Assembly: GCA_964433785.1 (NCBI GenBank)
Contig: CAYSTL010000001.1
Location: forward strand, 28,324 to 92,323
Direction of reading: 5' to 3'
Length of the DNA stretch: 64,000 bases
From: an uncultured Thermoplasmata archaeon
Lineage (GTDB): Archaea; Thermoplasmatota; Thermoplasmata; Halarchaeoplasmatales; Halarchaeoplasmataceae
The notes below the pieces were generated by a model. It was not told the origin of the DNA. It saw only the letters and a list, made by a program, of their open reading frames with translations, and searched no databases. The position numbers and the translations under genes are program-made. Every line of letters starts with the position of its first letter. Position 1 is the stretch's first letter. Below, piece by piece: positions 38,979 to 49,691 of this stretch.

Positions 38979-40658
38979 TTACATACCTGGACATTGCTCT
39001 ACTACTTCTTCATCGATATCTTTGTCAGCGTATGCTTTTTCAAAGTGTTCTTTGAAGTCATTAGCAATATCTTCAGCTCTCTCATCGTACTTCTCTTTAT
39101 CATCCCATGTGTTCTTTGGCCATAGAACTTCATTCGGTACGTCTGGACATTCTTTTGGAACCATGACTTTGAAGAAAGGATGTCTCCTATATTCTACATC
39201 TTCTAATTTTCCAGTCAAAGCTGCATCGACCATCGCACGGGTGTAATCGATATCTATCCTGTGACCAGTACCATATGGTCCACCAGTCCAGCCAGTATTT
39301 ATCAAATACACATTTGTACCGTGTTCTTCCATCTTATCTCCGAGCATCTCAGCATATACATCTGGATTTCTCGGCATGAAAGGTTCACCAAAGAATCTTG
39401 AGAATACTGATACCGGTTCATCGATCCCTGTTTCAGTACCGGCTAATTTACTAGTATATCCCATCAAGAACCAAAGCATTGCTTGTTTCTGTGTGAGTTT
39501 TGCAACAGGTGGTATAACACCGTTAGCATCTGCCGTCAAGAAAAGTATGGTTTCTGGATGTCCTGATTTTGAAGATTCTTTTATATTAGATAGATACTTC
39601 AAAGGATAAGATGCTCTTGAATTCTTAGTCAATCTATCGTCATAGAAATCGAAAGTCCCGTCGGGATACATCATCGCATTTTCTACTATAGAACCGTGTT
39701 TCTTCCAATCATCTTCATGCATCACTGCATTGTATATCTCAGGTTCTTTCTCTTTGTCTATATCTATCATCTTTGCGTAGCATCCATTTTCAAAGTTCGC
39801 TATCCCGTTATCTCCCCATCCGTGCTCATCATCACCAAGTAAAGCTCTACTCGGATCAGCTGAAAGTGTAGTTTTACCTGTACCTGAGAGACCTAACAAT
39901 AATGCAGAGTCTCCTTCTTCTCCTTCATTTGCGGAACAGTGTATCGGTAATATACACTCTTTGGGCAATAGGTAATTCATCACAGTAAACATGAGCTTCT
40001 TGACTGAACCGCCATATGCAGACCCATAAACAAGACCTATCTTGTTATCAAAATCCATGGCTACTAACATGTTCGATGTTTTACCTTCCTCTGTCTTTCT
40101 TAACCTTCCTTCATATCTATCTCTGTCCAATTTATCATAGGGTAAAGCGATCAAAACGAATTCCTCGTCTGAAAAAATACTTTTATCTATATCGTCAGGG
40201 ACAGGTCTGAACATGTTATCGGTGAATAAAGCGTGCATAGCGTAATCAGATATCGTCTTCGTAGGTAGTGCCCAATTTGAATCTGCACCGATTACACGGT
40301 CTGTGATGTATAGTTTATCTTTTTCCTCTAATGTTTCGATCGCATTGTGAAGAGCCATTTCGAACGTTTCTGGATCCAGTGGAATATTGTTAGGTGAATC
40401 CCAATCGATATTCTCTTCACTCTCTGGTCTTCTTACTATCATCGTGTCTTTTGGACTTCTTCCAGTTGATTCAGGTGGTGTCCACGTAGCTAAGGCACCA
40501 TTTTTACTGATGAAAACCTCATCGTTTTCAAAACTATCTTCTATCATCTGTTCCCTTTCAATGTTATCTTTTATACCGTCATGACCCTCCAGGGCTTTAT
40601 CAAGTGAACTTCTAAATTCTTCAACAGCAATTTTTTCTATATCAGGCATTTGAACCAC
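38979..40658 (-). CDS. pckA: phosphoenolpyruvate carboxykinase (ATP)
   Basis: 559 aa. GLSGTGKTTLS kinase-1a motif and overall PckA layout. Confidence 0.9.
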   Translation of the reverse strand: MVQMPDIEKIAVEEFRSSLDKALEGHDGIKDNIEREQMIEDSFENDEVFISKNGALATWTPPESTGRSPKDTMIVRRPESEENIDWDSPNNIPLDPETFEMALHNAIETLEEKDKLYITDRVIGADSNWALPTKTISDYAMHALFTDNMFRPVPDDIDKSIFSDEEFVLIALPYDKLDRDRYEGRLRKTEEGKTSNMLVAMDFDNKIGLVYGSAYGGSVKKLMFTVMNYLLPKECILPIHCSANEGEEGDSALLLGLSGTGKTTLSADPSRALLGDDEHGWGDNGIANFENGCYAKMIDIDKEKEPEIYNAVMHEDDWKKHGSIVENAMMYPDGTFDFYDDRLTKNSRASYPLKYLSNIKESSKSGHPETILFLTADANGVIPPVAKLTQKQAMLWFLMGYTSKLAGTETGIDEPVSVFSRFFGEPFMPRNPDVYAEMLGDKMEEHGTNVYLINTGWTGGPYGTGHRIDIDYTRAMVDAALTGKLEDVEYRRHPFFKVMVPKECPDVPNEVLWPKNTWDDKEKYDERAEDIANDFKEHFEKAYADKDIDEEVVEQCPGM

Positions 40659-40712
40659 ATGGTGGTCATTTGCGAAGGATATATAAAATGTTTGGAAGAT
40701 TAGGGAGATGAT

Positions 40713-41138
40713 ATGCGATATGAAACACCCGATATCTCTGAGTACGAGAGGATTTTGGAACTCTGGGACGAATGTGATCTACCGTACAAACCAGAAGGTC
40801 GAGATACCAGAGAGAACATAGAGAAGGAGATTAAAAGACAACCTGAATATTGGCTCGGTGCATACGATGATAAGAAACTGATCGGTATTATCGTAGGTAC
40901 CGACGATGGAAGAAAGGGATGGATCAATAGATTAGCGGTCGATGAGGAATACAGAGGTCAAGGTATCGGAACAAAATTGGTTAAAGAACTCGAAAAGGAG
41001 TTCGAAAATAAAGGTTTCAAGATCTGGGCAGCTTTGATCGAACCAGATAACCCGAAAGGGATGGAGTTCTTCGAAAAGATGGGCTTTGAAGATCTTGATA
41101 TAAAGTACTATTCTAAAAGAGAAAGTGATAAGGTCTAA
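40713..41138 (+). CDS. GNAT-family N-acetyltransferase
   Basis: 141 aa. RLAVDEEYRGQGIGTKLV acetyl-CoA binding motif. Confidence 0.8.
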   Translation: MRYETPDISEYERILELWDECDLPYKPEGRDTRENIEKEIKRQPEYWLGAYDDKKLIGIIVGTDDGRKGWINRLAVDEEYRGQGIGTKLVKELEKEFENKGFKIWAALIEPDNPKGMEFFEKMGFEDLDIKYYSKRESDKV

Positions 41139-41241
41139 AACAGGTTTTTAGACGGATGATACACTACAAGAGATAAAAAAATATGTAAAAAATAACTTAA
41201 CTGACGAGTCTTCAGGTCACGGTTGGCGTCATACTGAAAGA

Positions 41242-41793
41242 GTGTGGCAGATGTCTAAAACGATAGCTGAGGATGAGCAAGATTTAGATAGTTTTGTTCT
41301 GGAAGCATCTGCACTCCTGCACGACATGATAGATTGGAAATTAGGGAATAAAAAAGATGCTGATGAAATAAAAGATCATCTAAACTATCTTGATATAGAA
41401 CAAGAAAAAATTGACAAGATAATCAAAATAATCAGAAGTGTATCTTTTAAAGGAGCAAAAACAAAATCTGAAATGGAATCTATAGAGGGAAAGATAGTTC
41501 AGGATGCTGATCGCTTAGACGCATTAGGTGCCATCGGTATAGCCAGATGTTTCGCATATGGTGGTAAAACAGGGCAAAAAATGTACGATCCAGACATCTT
41601 ACCAAAACTTCATGATAGTTTTGACGATTATAAAAATAGTCAAACCACATCTTTGAATCATTTTTACGAAAAATTGCTTTTACTTAAAGATAGGATGAAC
41701 ACAAAAAAAGGTAAAGATATCGCTGAGGAAAGACACCGATACATGATAGAATTTTTAGATAGGTTTTTCGAAGAGATCGAAGGAAAAAAATAA
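41242..41793 (+). CDS. HD-domain phosphohydrolase (start unresolved; conserved in-frame sequence extends up to 41152)
   Basis: HD motif LLHDMID and a downstream DADRLDALGAIG. The in-frame upstream translation TLQEIKKYVKNNLTDESSGHGWRHTERV carries the first metal-binding His but has no canonical in-frame start codon. Confidence 0.7.
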   Translation: MWQMSKTIAEDEQDLDSFVLEASALLHDMIDWKLGNKKDADEIKDHLNYLDIEQEKIDKIIKIIRSVSFKGAKTKSEMESIEGKIVQDADRLDALGAIGIARCFAYGGKTGQKMYDPDILPKLHDSFDDYKNSQTTSLNHFYEKLLLLKDRMNTKKGKDIAEERHRYMIEFLDRFFEEIEGKK

Positions 41794-41795
41794 CT

Positions 41796-43049
41796 TTATT
41801 CTAACCGTTCTGGTTCTTCAACACTTAAGAAGATGATCAAGGTTCCTATCAAACCAACTCCGAAAGCGAACACGAAAGGATATCTTATCCCGATAAAATC
41901 TGCTACCAATCCACTGGCTGTAGAACCGATTGCCCAAGCCATATTTTGAGCAAATGTATAGACTCCCATACCCATCCCTCTATGTTCTTTAGGTGTAAGG
42001 GATGTGACGAATGCTGGGAAATTAGGTCTAGCCATCGATCTACCTAACGTGTAAAAAGCAATTATAGCAATCAATGTATAGAATCCTAGAGAGATCGATA
42101 TAGCACCACTAAATATCGCTGCTACCAAGCTACCGTAAACTATCAATTTCTTACGTCCGACCCTATCTGCTAGGCTACCTGAAGGGAACATTATCAACAG
42201 CTGTACAAGACCGATCACCGCATATATGACTCCAACTCCCAGGATGGTAGCTCCAAATTCACCTTTAGCAAATATAGGTAGCATCGGATAAACCATCGCT
42301 AAGCCGAAGAAAACAGTGAACGAACCAACAGTCAATGCCATAAACGTTTTAGGATGGATAGTGAAGTTACTCAATTTAAAATCCTTCAAAGCAAATATGG
42401 ATTTCTTTCTTTTGGTCTTTGATTTTTGGCCCTCGTAAGATTCCTTTATCCCGGTTAATAAAAGAACAGTACTTATCAACGCTAATATCGAAGTACCATA
42501 AAATGCCATGGAAAAGCTGAATTTGGTTGCTATTACTCCGCCTAAAATCGGTCCAACTGCATTACCACTGGCAAAGCTCATGGAATAGATACCCATCGCC
42601 TTACCTCTTTCACTCTCTTTAACAATATCTCCTACATATGCATAAGTTACAGGCCAAACTAGTCCAGAAGCTGCTCCTTGGGCTCCTCTATACAAGAACA
42701 CTTCTGGTACGCTGTTAGCAGTACCAAACAGGAACATCACGATAAAGTAAAGGAACATCCCACCGACCATAACCGGCTTTCTTCCCACTTTATCTCCCAG
42801 ATAACCACCGACTGGAGAAGAAAAAACTCTTACAACAGCAAAAAGTCCCATCATCATGCCTATCTCAGTATTGGTAGCACCATACTGCTGGGCATATTGA
42901 GGTAAAAAGGGCATGATCAAACCGAAGCCTATCATACTAACAAATATTGCAAAGCTGAGGATCAGTAATTCTCTATTTTTCACCATCAGCTTCAGCTCGG
43001 CAATTAACGATTTAAAACCAAATTTTCCTTGCTCTTCGCCCTTTTTCAT
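41796..43049 (-). CDS. MFS transporter
   Basis: 417 aa, about 12 TM helices. GYLGDKVGRKP and LADRVGRKK MFS loop motifs. Confidence 0.85.
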   Translation of the reverse strand: MKKGEEQGKFGFKSLIAELKLMVKNRELLILSFAIFVSMIGFGLIMPFLPQYAQQYGATNTEIGMMMGLFAVVRVFSSPVGGYLGDKVGRKPVMVGGMFLYFIVMFLFGTANSVPEVFLYRGAQGAASGLVWPVTYAYVGDIVKESERGKAMGIYSMSFASGNAVGPILGGVIATKFSFSMAFYGTSILALISTVLLLTGIKESYEGQKSKTKRKKSIFALKDFKLSNFTIHPKTFMALTVGSFTVFFGLAMVYPMLPIFAKGEFGATILGVGVIYAVIGLVQLLIMFPSGSLADRVGRKKLIVYGSLVAAIFSGAISISLGFYTLIAIIAFYTLGRSMARPNFPAFVTSLTPKEHRGMGMGVYTFAQNMAWAIGSTASGLVADFIGIRYPFVFAFGVGLIGTLIIFLSVEEPERLE

Positions 43050-43138
43050 CTAGGAATGCTCAATTAAACAAATTACTTAAACATTTGCATGATTATACAA
43101 GTGTTATTTTAAAATACCATTATGTTATTATCTATGGC

Positions 43139-43615
43139 ATGGAATATCTAGATGTAGTCGATGAGAACAATGAAGTTATAGATAGGAGAGCTCGTAAAGA
43201 AGTTCATGATAAACGATTAAGACATCGAACTGTCATGTTCTTCGTCGTATCACCGACTGATAAAATCCTTGTGACCAAAAGAAGCGAGGATAAGGAATTC
43301 TTTCCAGGGTACTGGAGTATCGTTTTAGGTGGTCATGTTAAATCAGGAGAGAGCTATGAAGAAGCATTGATATCTGAAATGAAGGAAGAGATCAACGCTG
43401 TCGGAGATCATGAGAAATTAGGTGAATTCGTTAAGGACATTGATGAGGAGATCGAACATGTTTCACTATTTAAAGTAAGGATCGACCCTGAAGATATCGA
43501 TCTGCTTGATAAGGAATTTCAGAAGGGGGAGTTCTGGAACATAGATGAAATAAAAGGTAAAATCGATGAGCTCGATTTCCTACCTGAAACAGAGGAAGTC
43601 CTCAAGTACCTATAA
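43139..43615 (+). CDS. Nudix hydrolase
   Basis: Start taken at MEYLDVVDE. Nudix box GGHVKSGESYEEALISEMKEEIN. Confidence 0.75.
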   Translation: MEYLDVVDENNEVIDRRARKEVHDKRLRHRTVMFFVVSPTDKILVTKRSEDKEFFPGYWSIVLGGHVKSGESYEEALISEMKEEINAVGDHEKLGEFVKDIDEEIEHVSLFKVRIDPEDIDLLDKEFQKGEFWNIDEIKGKIDELDFLPETEEVLKYL

Positions 43616-44695
43616 CCATTCCTTTTTCCTGAAATAATATACCATAAATAATGAAACAACCAACATAGCCAGTAGGGCTACCGGATACCCATATGCCCAG
43701 TTCAATTCAGGCATGTTATATACTGAAGTAGCTGGATCGAAATTCATACCATATATCCCTGCGATGAAAGTCAAAGGTATGAATATTGTTGCAATTATAG
43801 TCAACACTTTCATAACTTCATTCATTTTATTACTGATACTGGACATATAAAGATCAAGTAGTCCAGAAAGAGTGTCTCTGTAAGCTTCTATTGTGTCTAT
43901 TACCTGTATCGTATGATCGTATAAATCTCTAAGAAATAGATCGGTGGTTTCCTTTATCAATGGCGATTCTTCTCTCATGAGATTATTTATAACTTCTCTC
44001 AAAGGCCAAACCGACTTTCTTAAGTATATCATCTCTCTTTTTAGAGAATGGATCGAATACATAGTTTCTTCAGTTGGTTCTTCCATCAATTCATTTTCTA
44101 TATCTTCTATCTCTTCTCCGACCTTTTCCATCACTATGAAATAATTATCGATAATAGCGTCTATCAAAGCATAAGAAAGATAATCTGCTCCGCTTGTACG
44201 TATCCTTCCTTTTGACTTCTTGATCCTATCTCTTATGGGATCGAAAACATCACCGGTACTCTCCTGAAAAGACAGTACAAAGTTCGAACCAAAAACGATG
44301 CTGATCTGTTCACCAGTTATCTCTTCTCTTGATTGGTCAAAATATATCATCTTCATAACGAAGAATATATGATCCTCATAATCTTCGACTTTTGGCCTTT
44401 GGGTCGTGTTCAAAATATCTTCCTGCAGGAGTGGATGTAACCCATACATATCACCCAATTTCTTTATCAGATCTATGTTATGGAGTCCATCTACATTTAT
44501 CCAGGTAACTGTTTCCCTCTCTCTGTATCTTTTACATTCGGTTATATCCTCGATTTCTTTTTCGGTCAATTCTTCTGAATCATAATCGATTAGCTGTATC
44601 TTCACTTTTTCCATCTTTCTTTCTCCAACATGTATCAAAGTTCCAGAAGGTAGACCAGCTTTTGTACCTCTTTTTCTAGATGGGATCAATCTCAA
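43610..44695 (-). CDS. corA: CorA magnesium/cobalt transporter
   Basis: 361 aa. YGMNF signature followed by two C-terminal TM helices. Confidence 0.9.
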   Translation of the reverse strand: MRLIPSRKRGTKAGLPSGTLIHVGERKMEKVKIQLIDYDSEELTEKEIEDITECKRYRERETVTWINVDGLHNIDLIKKLGDMYGLHPLLQEDILNTTQRPKVEDYEDHIFFVMKMIYFDQSREEITGEQISIVFGSNFVLSFQESTGDVFDPIRDRIKKSKGRIRTSGADYLSYALIDAIIDNYFIVMEKVGEEIEDIENELMEEPTEETMYSIHSLKREMIYLRKSVWPLREVINNLMREESPLIKETTDLFLRDLYDHTIQVIDTIEAYRDTLSGLLDLYMSSISNKMNEVMKVLTIIATIFIPLTFIAGIYGMNFDPATSVYNMPELNWAYGYPVALLAMLVVSLFMVYYFRKKEWL

Positions 44696-44806
44696 TCAAA
44701 TCACCCCGTTACATATTGATTTATAAGTATATAAAATTAATTAAATCTAATAAAAAATGATCTTAGGGAGAAAATATATAATATATGTTTTACTCATGCT
44801 CTAACA

Positions 44807-45436
44807 ATGGCTGATAGACTAGAGGACGTAAAACCAACGAGGATGGAACTTCTCAGGATCAGAAAGCGTAAGATGCTAGCTGAGAATGGACACGATCTAT
44901 TGAGCGAAAAGAAGGACGCTCTTATCAACGAATTCTTCAATATAGTCGACAGAAGAAAAGAACTCCGTGATGATCTTGAAGAGAAACTAGAGATCAGCTA
45001 TGAATCACTGATAGAAGCTCAGATGCTGATGGGTAAAGGTGAGATCGAATCCATTGCAGATGGTGCCAAATCCATGGGTGGTGTTTTGATAGAATCATCA
45101 AATATCATGGGGGTTAAAGTTCCTGAGTTGAAGCCAGAAGTTCCCGATGAAAAATTTTATGGCTACGCAGATACCACTGTAAAGTTAGATGAAGCGGTCG
45201 ATAACTTCAGAGAGGCACTAGAGATATCTCTAGAATTATCAGAAGTCGAAGGTAAACTGGACAAGTTGGCGGATGAGATAGAAAAGGCTAAAAGAAGGGT
45301 CAATTCTTTAGAATACAATTATATACCAAAACTAGAAGCCACGATCAAATACATAGAGAGACAGCTGGAAGAGAGAGAAAGAGAGGACTTCTTCAGAAGG
45401 AAGAAGATCAAATCGATCCTAGAAGAGCAAGAATAG
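44807..45436 (+). CDS. atpD: A/V-type ATP synthase subunit D
   Basis: 209 aa. VKPTRMELLRIRKRKMLAENGHDLLSEKKDAL N-terminus typical of subunit D. Coiled-coil composition. Confidence 0.9.
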   Translation: MADRLEDVKPTRMELLRIRKRKMLAENGHDLLSEKKDALINEFFNIVDRRKELRDDLEEKLEISYESLIEAQMLMGKGEIESIADGAKSMGGVLIESSNIMGVKVPELKPEVPDEKFYGYADTTVKLDEAVDNFREALEISLELSEVEGKLDKLADEIEKAKRRVNSLEYNYIPKLEATIKYIERQLEEREREDFFRRKKIKSILEEQE

Positions 45437-45456
45437 TATCCAATAATGGTGATAGT

Positions 45457-45597
45457 TTGAAAAACCTGATAGAGGAGTATTTCGATACTCCTGAAAAGAG
45501 AGCTAAATTATATCTTTTGATCACTATAGGTCAGATCTGGGCGATCATAGCAATCATCATCGGTGTGATCGTTTTTGTCTGGTATTATCTACTGTGA
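45457..45597 (+). CDS. possible 46-aa single-TM protein (TTG start)
   Basis: Small ORF just after atpD (…KLYLLITIGQIWAIIAIIIGVIVFVWYYLL-stop). Supported only by ORF integrity and the hydrophobic helix. Confidence 0.2.
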   Translation: MKNLIEEYFDTPEKRAKLYLLITIGQIWAIIAIIIGVIVFVWYYLL

Positions 45598-45640
45598 ATA
45601 ACGATAAATGTCTTATATCCATATCTTATGATGATAAAAT

Positions 45641-46879
45641 ATGTCAATCGATCTTATAGTCAAAAATTGTTCAGAACTGCACACTATGAGAGGACCAAAA
45701 AGAGCCAGGATAGGAGAGGAGATGAAGGAAACAGGGCTTATCGAAGATGGTGCTCTTGCAGTCGATGATGAAAGAATCATAGATGTAGGGACAACTGAAG
45801 AAATCAAAAAGAAATATGAAGCAGAGAAGATGATCGATGCTTCTGGAAAGACTGTTGTCCCAGGTTTTGTAGACCCACATACTCATCTTGTATATGCAGG
45901 TTCCAGAGAAGATGAACTGATCATGAAGATCAAAGGAAAGACTTATATGGAGATACTGGAGAGTGGTGGGGGAATATTAAGGACCGTAAAAGCAACCAGG
46001 GATGCTACCAAAGATGAACTGAAGCAAGCGATGAGGAAGAGAATGGATAAAATGCTCAAATACGGGACCACCACCGCTGAAGCAAAAAGTGGTTACGGGT
46101 TGGACCTGGATAACGAGATAAAAAGCTTGGAAGTCATCCAGGAGATGTCTGAAGAACATGATATCGATCTGATACCGACCTATCTTGGAGCTCATTCTTT
46201 ACCACCAGAATTTGAAGATACAGGTGAATACATCGAATACTGTATCGAAGAAGTCCTTCCAGAGATCAAAGAAAAAGAATTAGCTGAATTCTGTGATGTC
46301 TTCTGTGAAAAGGGTGTCTTCGATTCTAAAGAGAGCAGAAAATTACTGAAAAAGGCGAAAGAATTAGGATTAAAAGTAAAAGTACACGCTGATGAAATCG
46401 AAAACATCGGCTGCAGTAAGATGGCTGCTGAGATAGGAGCTATTTCATCAGAACATCTAGTAAAAACCAGTATGGAAGACATAAAGAAGATGGCAGAGGC
46501 CGGCACAATAGGTATCTCTTTACCAGGTACACCGTTCATGCTGATGGAAGATGAATATACACCTGTCAGGAAGATGATAGATGAAAAAGTACCAATAGCA
46601 TTGGCTACTGACCTAAATCCTAACTGCTGGACTGAATCGATGCAGATGATTATAACCTTAGCCTGTTTACAGATGAAGATGGAACCTGAAGAATCCCTTA
46701 CCGCCTGTACAGTCAATTCAGCTTACGCTGTTGATAGAACTGATATAGGTGTCTTAGATGAAGAATACAAGGCTGATTTTCTGATACTTGACATCCCTAA
46801 CATCATGCATCTACCATACCATTTTGGAGTGAATCTAGTAGATGAAGTTTATAAGAGTGGAAAGAAGGTAGAACGATAA
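45641..46879 (+). CDS. hutI: imidazolonepropionase-like amidohydrolase
   Basis: 412 aa. PGFVDPHTHLVYAGSRE, KVHADE and ATDLNP metal-ligand motifs of HutI-type amidohydrolases. Confidence 0.8.
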   Translation: MSIDLIVKNCSELHTMRGPKRARIGEEMKETGLIEDGALAVDDERIIDVGTTEEIKKKYEAEKMIDASGKTVVPGFVDPHTHLVYAGSREDELIMKIKGKTYMEILESGGGILRTVKATRDATKDELKQAMRKRMDKMLKYGTTTAEAKSGYGLDLDNEIKSLEVIQEMSEEHDIDLIPTYLGAHSLPPEFEDTGEYIEYCIEEVLPEIKEKELAEFCDVFCEKGVFDSKESRKLLKKAKELGLKVKVHADEIENIGCSKMAAEIGAISSEHLVKTSMEDIKKMAEAGTIGISLPGTPFMLMEDEYTPVRKMIDEKVPIALATDLNPNCWTESMQMIITLACLQMKMEPEESLTACTVNSAYAVDRTDIGVLDEEYKADFLILDIPNIMHLPYHFGVNLVDEVYKSGKKVER

Positions 46880-46925
46880 AAAAGTATATTACGTATGTTC
46901 AATTTCGATACTTAGGTAGACGCAA

Positions 46926-47942
46926 ATGGATGGAAATGGTTATAAAGAAATTTTGAAGAAATTATCATCGAGATTTGAAAAGCCAGATGATCCAAAATAT
47001 GCTATCTTAAAATATGTGGTATACGTATACGCTATCTCATTACCTTTTATAATTATTCTATCCTATTTCAATCCCTGTTTTCTTAATCTTGTAATACCCG
47101 CCATAGCAGTTTTGGTCCCATATAAACTTTTTAAAGAAAAAAGTCTCAAGAAAGTCTTCATTGCAGGTATTATCGCTGTATTACTGCTTAATTTTACCTT
47201 TACTGTATACCAAGTTGAAGGGATCTATTTTTCTCAGGAACCCGGTGATCTATCATCTGATGTATTATCAGATGGTACTGTTAACAAGGTATACGGAGAA
47301 CAAAAAACAAAATTTAATTTTACCGTAGATCTGGAAAAAAACAAACTCCAAACTGATAATTATACGATCTATCTGAATATCACATGGCTGACGACAACCC
47401 CAGGAGAAGAAGACAATTATAGATCATTTACGATGGATGAAATCCAGAACTCACAGTACTATTTTATTTTTAATTTGGAAGAACAAGATATGCAGGATAG
47501 ATTGTACTCTCATCACTTCTCTATAAAAAAGAACACCACCGATGGAGTAGAATGGGAAGAGACAGATTCAAGTTTCGGACCTTTCACCATAAGTAGATTA
47601 GATGCTTATCAAAGGATAATGCTACAGCAGGTTATATCGAGTGTGTTATTCTTTGTTTTGGTACTAGGTATAGTTTGGTGGCGAAACCGTATGTCTAGAA
47701 GTAGAGAAAAAAGCACTGAAGGTTTGGAGGATAAGGAAAAAGAACTAGATGATTATTGTCCTCAATGCGGTGCATTATTGGAGGGAGAAAAGACTTGCCC
47801 CGAATGTGGAATCGATGTAGAATCGTATATGGAGAATAAAGAAAAAATTAAGACCAAAAAAGCAATCGAAGAAGTAGACCAAATGAAAGAAGAAGAGGAA
47901 GAAGAATCTTTTTTTGAAGATGAAGAAAAACAGGAGGAATAG
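46926..47942 (+). CDS. membrane protein with C-terminal cytoplasmic zinc ribbon and acidic tail
   Basis: 338 aa. Three N-terminal TM helices, an extracytoplasmic domain and a fourth TM helix, then CPQCG...CPECG and a poly-E tail. Confidence 0.5.
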   Translation: MDGNGYKEILKKLSSRFEKPDDPKYAILKYVVYVYAISLPFIIILSYFNPCFLNLVIPAIAVLVPYKLFKEKSLKKVFIAGIIAVLLLNFTFTVYQVEGIYFSQEPGDLSSDVLSDGTVNKVYGEQKTKFNFTVDLEKNKLQTDNYTIYLNITWLTTTPGEEDNYRSFTMDEIQNSQYYFIFNLEEQDMQDRLYSHHFSIKKNTTDGVEWEETDSSFGPFTISRLDAYQRIMLQQVISSVLFFVLVLGIVWWRNRMSRSREKSTEGLEDKEKELDDYCPQCGALLEGEKTCPECGIDVESYMENKEKIKTKKAIEEVDQMKEEEEEESFFEDEEKQEE

Positions 47943-47988
47943 TCATCGTTAAACCTAATTACCTCTTTTAGGATTATTATACGATAAT

Positions 47989-48471
47989 ATGGAATTGAAG
48001 AGGGTCAAAATTGAGAAGGAAGAGGAAATGAACATAATATTAGGTCAAAGTCATTTCATCAAAACAGTTGAGGATGTCTATGAAGCTCTTGTGACTTCAG
48101 TACCAGATATCAAATTCGGCATCGCTTTTTGTGAAGCATCTGGAGATCGATTGGTACGATACGATGGGACAGATGAAAACCTAGAAGATCTAGCTGTGAA
48201 GAATGCCAGGAAAATAAATGCTGGTCATTCCTTTGTAATCATGATTGAAGATTCTTATCCGATCAATGTTTTGAACGCAGTAAAAGATGTGCAGGAAGTA
48301 TGCAGGATATACTGTGCTACCGCTAATTCATTAGAAGTTTTGATTGCAGAGACAGATCAGGGTAGAGGTATCGTTGGTGTGATAGATGGAAAAACTACTG
48401 TAGGAGTCGAAGAAGAAGAGGATAAAAAATGGAGAAAGGATCTTCTCCAGAATATCGGCTATAAACGCTAG
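47989..48471 (+). CDS. adenosine-specific kinase family (PF04008-like) protein
   Basis: 160 aa. [16 protein letters not shown]...[10 protein letters not shown]...GHSFVI pattern recalled from this archaeal family. Confidence 0.6.
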   Translation: MELKRVKIEKEEEMNIILGQSHFIKTVEDVYEALVTSVPDIKFGIAFCEASGDRLVRYDGTDENLEDLAVKNARKINAGHSFVIMIEDSYPINVLNAVKDVQEVCRIYCATANSLEVLIAETDQGRGIVGVIDGKTTVGVEEEEDKKWRKDLLQNIGYKR

Positions 48472-49691
48472 GCACCGAACTTCTCGATCCTATCGCTGAG
48501 ATCAAGCAGGATATTCAAAAGATCTTTCCCTTCTATCCTACACAAACCACCTTTAGAACACGCTCTTTCATTGAACTCTGTGACATCGTCTACCCTCACC
48601 TGCTCCCCGCATATTGTCAAGGGTAGAGGATCACCGCTGTGATCCATTATAGATACAGGTGTAGAATGATCACCAGTGAATGCACAGTAAACATTTTCTA
48701 TACCATCTAATTCTGTGATAGCAGAATCTATCTTCTCTATGAACTCCTGTTTCTGTTCAGCCAATCCGTCATGACCTGCTAGATCAGTACCCTTTATATT
48801 CACCAATAAAAAGTCATAATCCTCCAAAGTCTCTTTAGTGGCTTTCATTATTGCGTCTACATCGGTGTCCATACCGCCGGTCGCACCCTCTACATTCACT
48901 ATATCCATGCCTGCTAAATTACAGACACCTCTAACCAGAGGTATACCCGAGATAGCTGCTCCACTTATCCCTTTTTTCTCCTTTAATTCTTCCATTTTGG
49001 GGACTTTACCAGAACCTCTTGATAATATTATATTGGCTGGTAACTTACCTTCATCTTTCCTTTTCTTATTGATAGCGTGATCTTTTAAAACCTCTATAGT
49101 TTGCTCTGTGAAATCCTTCAGTATCTCTGCTGTCTTACGATTTTCAGGAGAATCGACGATGGGGTCAGGTTCATGATAATCGACTCCGGTCTCGTGTGGA
49201 TCCAAATCGGTCACATCTCCACCCAATCCTTCACCTTTGAGTACCAAAACTGCCCTGTGTTCGACAGCATGTTTGAATTCAAAATCTATGTCCAATGAAA
49301 CCTGCTGTCTGATCAATTCTGCTATCTCTTCAGTATCCTCTTTTATCCTACCTGCTCTTCTATCGATTATCTTACCATCTTCGTAAGTTCCAAAATTACA
49401 GCGGAAGGCAATATCATTTTGATCCAATTCAACACCTATGCCAGCTGCCTCAAAAGGTCCTCTTCCTGTATATACTTCAAAAGGGTCATATCCCAATATG
49501 GCAAGATGACCAGTATCACTTCCAGGTCTTATACCAGGAGAGATGGTGTCCATCAATCCAGAGATACCTTTAGAAGCCAATTCATCAAGGTTAGGGGTAT
49601 CAGCATTTTCTAGTGGTGTCTTACCATCAAATTTATCCACAGGTCTATCCCCGATGCCATCAAAAATCACTATCAGAATTTTATCATCCAT
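48468..49691 (-). CDS. apgM: cofactor-independent phosphoglycerate mutase, archaeal type
   Basis: 407 aa. [11 protein letters not shown]-terminus, TGDHSTP and DHSGDP metalloenzyme motifs. Confidence 0.9.
   Translation of the reverse strand: MDDKILIVIFDGIGDRPVDKFDGKTPLENADTPNLDELASKGISGLMDTISPGIRPGSDTGHLAILGYDPFEVYTGRGPFEAAGIGVELDQNDIAFRCNFGTYEDGKIIDRRAGRIKEDTEEIAELIRQQVSLDIDFEFKHAVEHRAVLVLKGEGLGGDVTDLDPHETGVDYHEPDPIVDSPENRKTAEILKDFTEQTIEVLKDHAINKKRKDEGKLPANIILSRGSGKVPKMEELKEKKGISGAAISGIPLVRGVCNLAGMDIVNVEGATGGMDTDVDAIMKATKETLEDYDFLLVNIKGTDLAGHDGLAEQKQEFIEKIDSAITELDGIENVYCAFTGDHSTPVSIMDHSGDPLPLTICGEQVRVDDVTEFNERACSKGGLCRIEGKDLLNILLDLSDRIEKFGA

Noticed and set aside
38979-40658. ATP-type PEP carboxykinase as a possible horizontal acquisition in an archaeon
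   Set aside because: This cannot be evaluated without phylogeny or composition statistics. The gene looks compositionally similar to its neighbours by eye.
44807-45436. A-type ATPase subunit D gene standing alone, away from other atp genes
   Set aside because: Detachment of atpD from the main atp operon occurs in some archaea, to my recollection. With only this window I cannot show it is unusual for this lineage.
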